A stretch of 64,000 nucleotides of DNA from a bacterium (lineage in GTDB: Bacteria > Patescibacteriota > Microgenomatia > Daviesbacterales > UBA10151), in assembly GCA_021786315.1 (NCBI GenBank), contig JAJYNN010000003.1, forward strand, positions 3,360 to 67,359, written 5' to 3'. Under the pieces are notes generated by a model. The model was given only the letters and a program-made list of their open reading frames with translations. It searched no databases and was not told the origin of the DNA. The position numbers and the translations under genes were made by a program. Below, one piece after another: positions 19,923-28,588 of the stretch. How positions within the stretch are numbered: position 1 is the stretch's first letter; the number at the start of each line of letters is the position of its first letter.

Positions 19923-20245
19923 GAATTTTTTGCCTCCTTGATATCTTCATGCAATTCATCTTTCAACTTATTGACAGTTTTTTTAATCTCCTCTTCGATA
20001 TTTTCAACCTTGGAACTCAAAAACTCCATTAATTTTTCGTCATCAGGATTATCCTTTAACCTGGCAAGAAAGGCTTTCTTATCCTCGTCAGAGAGTTTGG
20101 AAAGTATGAGTTCAAAAACCGTATGGTGGATAGTCGAATCGACCAAAGCTGCCAAATGAATTTTTTGTTCCTCGGTCAAGTCCAACTCATCAAGTTTGAC
20201 TGTCACTGATTCAATTTCCACTAAATGCGAGTAGAAGTGCTTCAT
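19919..20245 (-). CDS. hypothetical acidic protein (108 aa) embedded in the secD-secF operon
   Basis: 4-nt overlaps with both neighbours (translational coupling). Helical acidic sequence, no known motif. Confidence 0.55.
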   Translation of the reverse strand: MKHFYSHLVEIESVTVKLDELDLTEEQKIHLAALVDSTIHHTVFELILSKLSDEDKKAFLARLKDNPDDEKLMEFLSSKVENIEEEIKKTVNKLKDELHEDIKEAKNS

Positions 20246-21162
20246 AATTTTATTATCCCCTGACTTTCAGGTGATCCGGAAACCGATTTCATCTGCACCG
20301 GTCCCAAGGGTATTGAATCATTCGGGTCATCAATAAAAAAGTATAATACTGCACCTTTTCTCGGACCTCCGGCCAATCCCAAATAATGCATAACCTCCGG
20401 CGACCCGCCCAAATGTTTTCCTGTCCATTCAGCCGGTCCGGCATCACCGACAACCGCCACCACCGACTGCCCGGTTTTGGGGTTTACCACCAACATTTTA
20501 CGATATTTGAAAAAGTCCCGGTATTTCCCGACGTTTTCCGCAAATCCCGGCGCTAAAAATGTTTGCACTGCCAAGTAATATCTCTCCCTTTCGGCATCTT
20601 TGGCAGTAAATTGTGCCTGGGAAGGAGCAAAGTAGCCCCAAGCCCCAAGCCCCGGAGCAATGCCCGCCGGGCCATACATTGCCCAATCAGAAGCATTTTC
20701 TGCATGCTTGTACACATCATCCCCTGGATAACGGTATAAGTGCTGTTCCCCGCCAATCATTCCATATGACCGGTTAAGCCGTATTCCCTGCATCTCCGCT
20801 TCTACCTTAAACCCCATTTTCTCAGAAATGGTCTGGGTAATTTTCCCTTCTTCCTCCGGAGTTAATTTTCGAACATCTTCCGGCACCTGGTCTTTTAAAG
20901 CTAAAGCCAATAAGGCATTTTTGTCCTCCGCCCTGGTAATTCCTCCATCAGTGGTAATGGTGTGATTCGGCAGCGCTGCAGTCATCCCCGGGGTATTCAA
21001 CAGCATTAGGCCTCCCAATCCTCCCAAAGTTATATGCCGCAAAGTGTCACCATGCAAAGAAGCCAGCTTGTCAGCTGCCTCTTTATGTCTGCCCAGCCAT
21101 TTCTTTCTTAAATGTTCGTAATGTGGTTTTTTAGAAAAAAATTTCATAATTTTTGTCCTCAA
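20242..21162 (-). CDS. hypothetical protein (306 aa), possibly exported, embedded in the secD-secF operon
   Basis: N-terminal basic stretch followed by a hydrophobic segment (ITLGGLGGLMLLNTPGM). No recognised catalytic motif. Start overlaps the downstream ORF by 4 nt. Confidence 0.6.
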   Translation of the reverse strand: MRTKIMKFFSKKPHYEHLRKKWLGRHKEAADKLASLHGDTLRHITLGGLGGLMLLNTPGMTAALPNHTITTDGGITRAEDKNALLALALKDQVPEDVRKLTPEEEGKITQTISEKMGFKVEAEMQGIRLNRSYGMIGGEQHLYRYPGDDVYKHAENASDWAMYGPAGIAPGLGAWGYFAPSQAQFTAKDAERERYYLAVQTFLAPGFAENVGKYRDFFKYRKMLVVNPKTGQSVVAVVGDAGPAEWTGKHLGGSPEVMHYLGLAGGPRKGAVLYFFIDDPNDSIPLGPVQMKSVSGSPESQGIIKL

Positions 21163-21168
21163 AAATTA

Positions 21169-21253
21169 CAGGATCGTTTTGACGCAGTCAAAAGGTAGCC
21201 CATTAGACAATTCATTGTCGCAGGATCGTTTTGACGAAGTCAAAAGGTAGCCC
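21169..21253. repeat. two tandem copies of a 33-bp repeat (caggatcgttttgacg[c/a]agtcaaaaggtagccc), 19 bp apart, each with an 18-bp palindrome TTTTGAC-N4-GTCAAAA
   Basis: Copies at 21169-21201 and 21221-21253 differ at one base. Located between the secD stop and the start of the 306-aa gene. On the minus strand each copy supplies a TTGACT -35-like hexamer. Confidence 0.85.
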
Positions 21254-21265
21254 TATTTTTTTATT

Positions 21266-22663
21266 TTACCTCCTAAATCTTGGCAAAAGCCTCATAAAAG
21301 TCCTGGTGACAACAATTGCCGAAAACATGGAAACAGCCACACCAATTAAAAATGTCACTGCAAAACCCTGGACTATGGAAGTGCCAAACCTTAATAAGAT
21401 AACACCGGTAATCATTGAGGAGACATTGGAATCCCTGATTGAAGTCCAGGCCCTATTAAAACCCTGCTCCAAAGCTATCTTTCCCGTCTTACCTGAGCGC
21501 ATTTCTTCTTTCATCCTCTCAAAAGTCAAAATATTGGCATCCACCGCCATACCAATGGACAATATAAAGCCGGCAATCCCTGCCAGCGTTAGAGTAATCG
21601 GAGGAATTAAGAAAAGTCCGGTCCTAAAGATAGTCAGCACTAACAAGGTATAAACAATCAAAGCCAGGTCAGCCAAAATTCCATACAAACCATAATAGGA
21701 AACCATAAACAACATTACAGTCACAATTCCGATTAAACCGGCTACCAGGCTTTTCTGGACTGATTGGTTGCCTAAAGTTGCCCCGATAGTCCGCTGCTGG
21801 ATAATTTCAATCGGCACCGGCAAAGCTCCGGCATTAAGCTGGATCGCTAAATCCTTCGCCTCCTGAGTAGTAAAACTACCGGTAATCACTGCATTACCGC
21901 CGACAATCTCATTGGAGACAACCGGAGCGCTGACAAAAGAGTTGTCCAGAAAGATAATTAAGGGCTTACCTACATTTCTTTTAGTGATATCGGCAAACTT
22001 TTTAGCGCCCTCATCAGTAAATTCAATTGATACTTCCGGTCCGCTTTGCCCTTTGGTGGAGCCAAAAGTAACCGAGGCTTTCTTTAAGTCAGCCCCGGTA
22101 AGCCCCGTGGACTTGGCATACAGAAGCAGTGGTTTACCTGATTTAGAGGCTTCTTCTTCCGCTCCCGGAGGAAGCTCACGAAAATCCAATTGAGCAGTTT
22201 TACCAACCAGGCTGGCTGCTGCTGAAGCATCTTTTACGCCAGGGAGTTCAACCAAAATCCTTCTGTCATTCCCCAGTTTAGAGGATTGAACAACCGATTC
22301 TGAAACCCCATAAAGGTTAACCCTTCTTTCAATTACCTGTCTGGCTGATTCTAAAGCAGTGTCCCGGTCCTCAGGTTTAATCTTGTCCATCTTGGTCTCT
22401 AAGACCAGTTCGCTCCCGCCTTGTAAATCAAGCCCTAATTTTACCGGGAATCTTCCAAAAAGATGAGGCGCTGTTAAAAAATCTAAGTTAACCTGTTTTC
22501 CAAAGGCTTTGACGGAAAGCTTGGTATTTTTAATAAATCCCAAGTCAATTTTTACACCTCCGACCTGGACAGAAGGAGGGAAATCAGTCACAGGAGGGGT
22601 ATTAACCCACACCGAAAACAGCGTTAATATAATTAGTATCCAAAGAACGAGTCTAGGCCGCAT
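21266..22663 (-). CDS. secD: protein translocase subunit SecD
   Basis: Signal-anchor, large periplasmic domain, and C-terminal 6-TM region (FLIGVAVSMFSAIVVTRTF). Typical SecD length. Confidence 0.9.
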   Translation of the reverse strand: MRPRLVLWILIILTLFSVWVNTPPVTDFPPSVQVGGVKIDLGFIKNTKLSVKAFGKQVNLDFLTAPHLFGRFPVKLGLDLQGGSELVLETKMDKIKPEDRDTALESARQVIERRVNLYGVSESVVQSSKLGNDRRILVELPGVKDASAAASLVGKTAQLDFRELPPGAEEEASKSGKPLLLYAKSTGLTGADLKKASVTFGSTKGQSGPEVSIEFTDEGAKKFADITKRNVGKPLIIFLDNSFVSAPVVSNEIVGGNAVITGSFTTQEAKDLAIQLNAGALPVPIEIIQQRTIGATLGNQSVQKSLVAGLIGIVTVMLFMVSYYGLYGILADLALIVYTLLVLTIFRTGLFLIPPITLTLAGIAGFILSIGMAVDANILTFERMKEEMRSGKTGKIALEQGFNRAWTSIRDSNVSSMITGVILLRFGTSIVQGFAVTFLIGVAVSMFSAIVVTRTFMRLLPRFRR

Positions 22664-22686
22664 GTGGAAATTATAATTTGAGCGTA

Positions 22687-22733
22687 GCGAGAATTACAAG
22701 ATCTCGCCGCAGGCGAGTAGCCTTATAAGCTAC
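22687..22733. repeat. copy of a dispersed intergenic repeat family (module cgagaattacaagatct-hairpin-agtagcCTTATAAGctac)
   Basis: About 85% identical over about 45 nt to the reverse complement of 46336-46379, and partly to 47648-47680. Contains palindromes CAAGATCTTG, CTCGCC-GCA-GGCGAG and GTAGCCTTATAAGCTAC. Confidence 0.7.
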
Positions 22734-22741
22734 AAGATAGT

Positions 22742-23326
22742 TTAAATCACTACCCCAGAGAGTAAATCCTCTTCATCCCCTTGAAGCATTACCTTAGGCT
22801 GAGTAATTACCCTTAAAATAAACGGGTCGCGGCGTTTAACCCGAAACTGGAATTCCGCCTCATCCATAACTGAATAGTTAATTTCCGAGGTCCGTTTCGT
22901 CTGTTCATCCGCTACAAGTGCCTGTAGCTCCGGTAAAACAACCTGCCCAACGATTAAAAGATCGACATCTTCCGGTCCGGAAGGTTGATTTTTCAAAAAA
23001 CGGGTAGCCATCATGGCATATTTAATCCGGCCGAGCTTTCCCCGGTTTTTGACAATTGCTCCTCCAAGCCCTGCAGTTTTGGCCACAAAACCTAAAAGTT
23101 CAGGATAAAAGACATAATCCTTTCGGGCATGGTAAAGCCTACGGTTGGCTCTCCACTCTGAGGCTACTAGTCCTTGTTTCTCCATTCTCTCAAGCTCACG
23201 CCTGACAGCGTTAATTTCCTCACCCGTCCGCCTGACAATTTCCCGAACATGAAGTAACGGCTCAGTAGCTGTAAGAAGAAGCACCAGAAGTTTTACCCGG
23301 ACACGAGATACAAATAAATCTTCCAT
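22742..23326 (-). CDS. winged-helix (MarR/ArsR-like) DNA-binding protein
   Basis: N-terminal wHTH-like segment (LLHVREIVRRTGEEINAVRRELERMEKQGLV). C-terminal region unrecognised. Confidence 0.55.
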   Translation of the reverse strand: MEDLFVSRVRVKLLVLLLTATEPLLHVREIVRRTGEEINAVRRELERMEKQGLVASEWRANRRLYHARKDYVFYPELLGFVAKTAGLGGAIVKNRGKLGRIKYAMMATRFLKNQPSGPEDVDLLIVGQVVLPELQALVADEQTKRTSEINYSVMDEAEFQFRVKRRDPFILRVITQPKVMLQGDEEDLLSGVVI

Positions 23327-23359
23327 TTTTTTAACCTCCTTTCCAGGCAGACTTGTAAC

Positions 23360-24559
23360 CTAATATTTCACCGTGGATCCCTCCGGGACAGTCTGGATCC
23401 AGATGACTCCTCTGTTAAAGGCAACCTCATTGCCTTTTGAATCAACATATTTCGTGCGGGAAGTACGCGAGTTCTTTATCCATTTTCCCTTAATGACGTT
23501 ACCATCCTGGAAAAATAAGGCGTCACCTTGACCCGTAGTTTTATAAAGCAAATGGACGTTATTCTCATACCCATCGTTCGCGTGAGATTCCCGTTCAAAT
23601 TGGACAACAATATTTTTGGCTGAAAGCTGTTGCTTGTTATCAAAATCTAAATGAGGAACACCGCCATTTTCCCTCTTGTAGGTATTGCTCGCGGCATCAT
23701 AAGTCCATTTAACCGAGTAATCACCGTATCCCTGCCAGAAGTCGACATTAATTACATTCGTGGTTCCCCCGGCTTTGTCATCTTTAAACTTCCAGGGGAC
23801 AAAGGAGTCAGCCCACTTCTTGCCATTTTCATCAGTAGCGGTCCACCCCCGTTTGGCTCCAATATCCCAAAGCTTTGCCGTTGTTGAATACATCGTGTGT
23901 TCTGTGGCTACAGAATGGCCCAATCTTTGATAATCCCTCCAGAAAGTGGGGAAACCGATACTGAATTGGTTTAAGTCCTTAACCCCGTATTTGATAATCT
24001 GCCCCAGCGCATCAGCCGGACCGGAGGAGTTCGCTCCCCCTACATGGGCATAGAGGGCATCGTACTCCCCTAGCCAATCAAGAAAGTAAGTCCTGGCTGA
24101 ACGCACGGGTCCCACCTGGGCATCGTTAAGATTACAATAGAAAACTCCCATGAAACGGGTGATTCCACCCTCTGCCACTGCTTCATAAACAATATCCGCT
24201 GAAGAAAGCCCGGATTGCGGACGGGCTTCAGTGTGGTTTTCAATCATTACTGCCAAAGGCCGGCGCTTTTCCCAATTAGCTTTAGCTTCCTGGGTATGCA
24301 TACTCCCGTTTAAGGGGCACTCTGCAGTTTTTGGTGCTTTAGGATCCTCAGTGACTGCATTTGAGGCACTCGGCAAAGCGGTTACCAGTGTATTATCCCC
24401 TATTGAAACCCTGCTATTGGAAAATAAGGAATAAGATGTGTACGCTGAAACCACGAACAAAACAATGGAAAAGATAGAGATGACTAGACTTTTTTGGACA
24501 CTAGTTAAGTTATTAAAAATGTTTAATGGTTTCATTCTTTTTAAAATTATTTCCCCCAA
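23360..24559 (-). CDS. DUF3048 (YerB-like) family exported protein
   Basis: N-terminal membrane anchor. RPLAVMIENHTEARPQSGLSSADIVYEAVAEGGITRFMGVFY matches the conserved core I recall for DUF3048. Confidence 0.6.
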   Translation of the reverse strand: MGEIILKRMKPLNIFNNLTSVQKSLVISIFSIVLFVVSAYTSYSLFSNSRVSIGDNTLVTALPSASNAVTEDPKAPKTAECPLNGSMHTQEAKANWEKRRPLAVMIENHTEARPQSGLSSADIVYEAVAEGGITRFMGVFYCNLNDAQVGPVRSARTYFLDWLGEYDALYAHVGGANSSGPADALGQIIKYGVKDLNQFSIGFPTFWRDYQRLGHSVATEHTMYSTTAKLWDIGAKRGWTATDENGKKWADSFVPWKFKDDKAGGTTNVINVDFWQGYGDYSVKWTYDAASNTYKRENGGVPHLDFDNKQQLSAKNIVVQFERESHANDGYENNVHLLYKTTGQGDALFFQDGNVIKGKWIKNSRTSRTKYVDSKGNEVAFNRGVIWIQTVPEGSTVKY

Positions 24560-24984
24560 GCCTCTTTGACCACTTCCTCTTCTTCATTAGAAAACTTAAA
24601 CCCATCCTCATGTCCGGAGGCTACCGGTTTGGCAAACACCCTTGTTCCTGCGCGGGAATGCAGGCTGGTCATCACCAATCCGTTCCCACACCCATCAAGT
24701 AAACTTAAAGAAAAGCTTTGGTCCCCACCAGTATCATGGTAAGGATTGTATCTTTTCAAAGCTACTTTTTGAATGTGCAATAAGCTTTCTTTTTTAAAAT
24801 CTTCCAAACCTCTGACCTCTTCCAAAACCTCATTTAGTTTTTCCCGGAAATTCTTCCCATCTTTCGGAAAAAGCTTTTTTAAAAAAGAGCTTTCTTTTAA
24901 AACTAAGTAACTTAAAATAAGTATCCAGACAAAACTGACCAAACTCCAAATCTCAAGCACCAATCCCGCGCCGTCTGAATACAT
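24547..24984 (-). CDS. DUF4446-like membrane-anchored protein
   Basis: N-terminal TM, then KRYNPYHDTGGDQSFS-type core. Commonly found next to DUF3048 genes. The family name is from memory. Confidence 0.5.
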   Translation of the reverse strand: MYSDGAGLVLEIWSLVSFVWILILSYLVLKESSFLKKLFPKDGKNFREKLNEVLEEVRGLEDFKKESLLHIQKVALKRYNPYHDTGGDQSFSLSLLDGCGNGLVMTSLHSRAGTRVFAKPVASGHEDGFKFSNEEEEVVKEAWGK

Positions 24985-25067
24985 AAATTACTCTTTTAAT
25001 ATATACAGAATATCTAAACTTTGTCAATGGAGGCTGGTACACAGAGATGTAGTATAGTTATCTATAG

Positions 25068-25817
25068 ATGAATGAAGTAGGTGAAATTCCCCAATCACCA
25101 GAACAAGATAAAATTACCCTGACCTTGCAAATTGGCAGGCACGGGGAAAAGGATGAAAAAGGCAAGCTTTCCCCTATTGACACTAAACCGTCTGAGTTAG
25201 GGCAGAGACTGGGACCTCTCACGAAAGTTTTCTCCGCTTTTATGCCCCGGGTAGTGCAAACTGCAGAAAAGATCAGCGAGGGAGCAGAAACTTCCTACGT
25301 TCCAAGACAAAGAGCAGAACTGGTTAATTCCGGACTTTTCCGAATGTATTATCCTGAATATGTCAGGCAAAAAGATGAGGATTATGATACTTGGGAAGCA
25401 AGAGTTATGGACAATCCCCGAGCCAGAGAAATTATTGCCTCAGGAATCGCCACTCAAATTGAACACTTCCGGGAAATGGCCAGAAGACAAAAAGTTGCCC
25501 CAGGCTCTAACCTGAATTTTCCCCAAGTCACCCATGATTTAGAAATTGCTGCCTTCTTAAAAGAGGCCCTTATCAGAGAGGTTAACGGCCAGGAAGTACA
25601 CGGGTTTGAGAACATTAATGAGATTGGTGGGCCTATTTCTGAGAATGAATATTTTGATGTCAGGATTGAAAGATCAGGAGACAGTGAAAATATTTCTTTT
25701 AGCTTTGAGAATCCCCAAAGGCTTCCAGGAATAAATTGTCGGTTAGATTTGGGCAAGGTAGAGGAGTTGGCAAAATTTTATAAGGAAGAGATGGCAAAAC
25801 AAAGCCCTTCAGCCTAA
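25068..25817 (+). CDS. histidine phosphatase superfamily (phosphoglycerate-mutase-like) protein
   Basis: RHG catalytic motif (LQIGRHGEKDEKG) near the N-terminus. Confidence 0.6.
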   Translation: MNEVGEIPQSPEQDKITLTLQIGRHGEKDEKGKLSPIDTKPSELGQRLGPLTKVFSAFMPRVVQTAEKISEGAETSYVPRQRAELVNSGLFRMYYPEYVRQKDEDYDTWEARVMDNPRAREIIASGIATQIEHFREMARRQKVAPGSNLNFPQVTHDLEIAAFLKEALIREVNGQEVHGFENINEIGGPISENEYFDVRIERSGDSENISFSFENPQRLPGINCRLDLGKVEELAKFYKEEMAKQSPSA

Positions 25818-26135
25818 CCTGGTCACTTTTCCGCTCTCTGCGTCTACTTCTATCTCATCTCCTGTTTTTAATGTTTTCGTGGCACCGTGTACTCCCACCA
25901 AACAGGGAATTTGTAGTTCCCGGGAAATAATAGCAGCGTGACAAAGAACTCCTCCGGTATTAATTACCACTGCCTTAGCTTTTCTCATAACAGTTACAAA
26001 AGTTGGTCTCGTCTCCTCCGTCACTAAAATTTCCCCTTCCTGAAAATTAGCAAACTCTTTTTCCTCTAGGATAATCCGGACTGCTCCTTTTGCCTTCCCT
26101 TTTGATCCGATAACCCCCTTCAAAATTTTAGACAT
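25809..26135 (-). CDS. stand-alone PEP-utilising-enzyme mobile (phosphohistidine swivel) domain protein
   Basis: VVINTGGVLCHAAIISRELQIPCLVG matches the GGxxSHAAIxxRExGIPxVVG swivel-domain signature, including the catalytic His. Only 108 aa. Confidence 0.75.
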   Translation of the reverse strand: MSKILKGVIGSKGKAKGAVRIILEEKEFANFQEGEILVTEETRPTFVTVMRKAKAVVINTGGVLCHAAIISRELQIPCLVGVHGATKTLKTGDEIEVDAESGKVTRLG

Positions 26136-26526
26136 CGCTATCCCCCAAAATTTCTTTCACAACTTTGCTTTCAGGTTCAGCTGCCCTGATAAACTGTTCG
26201 GCAGAATTAATAGCGATAACTTTGTCACTTACAGTTTTTGCTTCCTTAAAATAGCCCAGCACTTCCCGGGCGAATTGTGACCATTCTGAACCATCTGCTC
26301 CGATAGCTTCAGTGTATCTACCAATCCGGGGTAAAACCTTGTTTTCCATAACATTTTCCATCTCAGAAAAAACCTGAGATATTAACTGCTCATTGTGTAT
26401 TCCATTTAAATTGTCCTCGGAGATCTGTTCTAATTCATCCCAATAATCCTTACATAAATCATCCCACCCGGCTCCCCAATTCGAGCCGCCACCTGACTTC
26501 TTTCTTCTTTTAAATTCGTAATTCAT
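26128..26526 (-). CDS. hypothetical acidic protein (132 aa), overlaps the swivel-domain gene by 8 nt
   Basis: No recognised motif. Its gene order implies co-transcription with 25809-26135. Confidence 0.5.
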   Translation of the reverse strand: MNYEFKRRKKSGGGSNWGAGWDDLCKDYWDELEQISEDNLNGIHNEQLISQVFSEMENVMENKVLPRIGRYTEAIGADGSEWSQFAREVLGYFKEAKTVSDKVIAINSAEQFIRAAEPESKVVKEILGDSDV

Positions 26527-26690
26527 AATTAGTATCTGTTTTGATTCTACTGAATCTATAGGTCATTTAGCAATCCAGACACACAAAACGTCTAGATATG
26601 TCAAGCTTGACAGGCTCAAAATTCCATGCTAGGCTCAAATGAGCTTGGGAATTAGCCTTGATAAAGCTAATTTCCTCCAGATAAGACAAG

Positions 26691-26981
26691 ATGGGATACT
26701 CTCAATCCAAAAAACAAACCGAAGCAGAGAAAAAACTTCAGGCCATTAGGATGCAGCTTTATGGTAAAGAGGAGAAGGAACCGTCAAAGCCCGCAGCCCA
26801 AACCAACACCAATTCCAAAACTTTTCAGTTTACCGCTCCAAGTTCCACAAACACCAACCAAAGCGCTGACAGCAGTTATTTAAAAAGAGACCTCTTTAAA
26901 ACCCTGGTGCTGGCCACCTTTGCTATTGCAGCCCAACTTTTACTGTATTTCAGTTTAAACCGTGGGCTACTTAAATTTTAA
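26691..26981 (+). CDS. hypothetical protein with a C-terminal TM anchor
   Basis: Low-complexity N-terminus. Hydrophobic C-terminus LVLATFAIAAQLLLYF. Confidence 0.45.
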   Translation: MGYSQSKKQTEAEKKLQAIRMQLYGKEEKEPSKPAAQTNTNSKTFQFTAPSSTNTNQSADSSYLKRDLFKTLVLATFAIAAQLLLYFSLNRGLLKF

Positions 26982-27007
26982 CTTAACCGAAAGGAGGTGA
27001 ATCGATC

Positions 27008-27151
27008 ATGCAAATGTACTGCGTAAAATGCCGCCAAAAGCAAGAGGTTAACAACCCTCAAGAAGTCACAATGAAAAATGGCAAGAAAGCTACTAAAGCT
27101 ACTTGTTCTGTTTGTGGCACTGGCACTTACAGAATTGGAGGCGCTGCTTAA
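27008..27151 (+). CDS. DUF5679-like mini zinc-ribbon protein (47 aa), not in the ORF track
   Basis: AAGGAGGTG RBS 9 nt upstream. MQMYCVKCRQKQEVNNPQEVTMKNGKKATKATCSVCGTGTYRIGGAA: CxxC...CxxC ribbon, matching the small MQMYCVKCR... proteins common in small-genome bacteria. Followed by terminator hairpins. Confidence 0.75.
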   Translation: MQMYCVKCRQKQEVNNPQEVTMKNGKKATKATCSVCGTGTYRIGGAA

Positions 27152-27210
27152 TTGGCGTTTCCTTGCCCCGGTTCAACCGGGGTTGGTGAAATTTCACCAT
27201 TTGTGAAAGA

Positions 27211-27233
27211 CCCTGCAGCTTTGCGGGGTTTTT
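27211..27233 (+). terminator. intrinsic terminator (CCCUGC-AGCUUU-GCGGGG + U5)
   Basis: ccctgcagctttgcgggg then ttttt. Preceded by two more hairpins: ccccggttcaaccgggg at 27166-27182 and palindrome ggtgaaatttcacc at 27185-27198. Confidence 0.6.
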
Positions 27234-27258
27234 CATGGTTTATAAACTATTAGGGAGA

Positions 27259-28578
27259 TTAACCAACAGCAAAAAGGGAGGCTTGGCTTTCCTGGCTAAT
27301 ATCGGATTGTCCTTGTTCCAGCATTGCCAGTAAAGCATCGGTGCGATGAGCTAAAACCAAATCTTCGGCAATTTCCCGGACTTTATCCTCTTGTCCATTT
27401 CCTATCATTTCCCCAGCCAGTTGCGAGAGGTGAGTAAGCCAAGGCTCTATAAGCCTGATCGCAGCACGGTGAGCTCTTACTGTTTGTTTTTCCGTATAAG
27501 GTGAGGTTCCTTTTTTTAATATCTCAGCCTTATACAGCCCGCCAATTTTTCTTAAATGTTCTGTTACATCTGACAAATCATCTACTGTACTTCTTAGAAC
27601 AGCCCGATGTTGAGCTTCCACCATTGCTTCTCGCGCATCATCCGTGAAGAACAAATCAATCATATTCGTCTGCCCGCCTTTAAGGTTAAAAATTTCTTCG
27701 GATATTTTTTTAGCAAAAGCACCCACTGTTTTATAACCTTCAGTCCCCCATTTTATTGCCCAATTAAGCTGGTCAAATTCCGAAATCCGGCCTTCCTCAA
27801 CAAAGGGGTTAAGCCGGGCAATCTCACAAGCTGCCGGATAGGGAAGGGTCTTCGCATCCACAGCATCCTGAATTTGCTTTGGTACCTCAGCATACCTGAG
27901 GGCATTTCTGACGAAATGTTCCGGCCTACCTAATTCTCTAGCTATAACTTTGGGGGTACATGCTGGATCTTCCTCTTTACGGGATTGAAAATAGGCTTTC
28001 ATAACTTCTGCTTCCCTCTGAGGAGCAACCGGCATATGGGTGTTTTCGCGCATTTGGATTTTGAATCCCCTTTCAAAAGTAATATTTGGTTTCAGGTTAA
28101 CCACCACTAAGCCATCTTTTATATGGCGCTGATAACAACCCCCGGGCCCATACTCTTCGTTACAGTCAATACACCCTACAGTTTCTAAATATTGTATTGC
28201 AGCTGTCCGTCTACCTCCTGCAGCTACTATGCAATAATATTTCCCTTCCTCTCCAGTAACACTCACTAAATCGTCAATTTGGGTATTCGTCCCCCACCTT
28301 TTATTATGCCCGTTTAAATATTCGAGGCAGTGTTCTTCGTCTAAATAAGCCGCAATAATGGGATGAAGTAACCCATTTTCGCGAGCTATGGCAAGTGCTA
28401 AGTTGTCAATTTGCTCAAACTCTCTCCTAACCTGAGTTAAAACATTGAGGACAGCACGGGGTATTCTTACAAACGGATTCCATTCAAGCTCAGATGCAGA
28501 TCTATCGATGTGGAACAATGAGGAAACAGGAGAGTCAGGTTCCAAAACTGTCCTGTTACTTTTACGTTCAGCCACCAT
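27259..28578 (-). CDS. ParB/Srx-fold (ParB N-terminal domain-like) protein, 439 aa, atypical, no ParA partner
   Basis: Box I-like LALAIARENGLLHPIIAAYL and box II-like YYCIVAAGGRRTAAIQYL (the GERRxRA arginine motif), split by a roughly 35-aa Cys/His-containing insertion. Long unrecognised C-terminal region. Confidence 0.65.
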   Translation of the reverse strand: MVAERKSNRTVLEPDSPVSSLFHIDRSASELEWNPFVRIPRAVLNVLTQVRREFEQIDNLALAIARENGLLHPIIAAYLDEEHCLEYLNGHNKRWGTNTQIDDLVSVTGEEGKYYCIVAAGGRRTAAIQYLETVGCIDCNEEYGPGGCYQRHIKDGLVVVNLKPNITFERGFKIQMRENTHMPVAPQREAEVMKAYFQSRKEEDPACTPKVIARELGRPEHFVRNALRYAEVPKQIQDAVDAKTLPYPAACEIARLNPFVEEGRISEFDQLNWAIKWGTEGYKTVGAFAKKISEEIFNLKGGQTNMIDLFFTDDAREAMVEAQHRAVLRSTVDDLSDVTEHLRKIGGLYKAEILKKGTSPYTEKQTVRAHRAAIRLIEPWLTHLSQLAGEMIGNGQEDKVREIAEDLVLAHRTDALLAMLEQGQSDISQESQASLFAVG

Positions 28579-28588
28579 ATCGCATCGA

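Noticed and set aside
21169-21253. Possible mini-CRISPR array (two 33-bp repeats with internal palindrome, 19-bp spacer)
   Set aside because: Only two repeats, the spacer is too short, there are no cas genes, and the position is promoter-proximal. Interpreted as a tandem operator/promoter repeat.
21231-21653. 140-aa ORF on the plus strand
   Set aside because: Entirely antisense to the well-supported secD gene. No RBS. Low-complexity translation.
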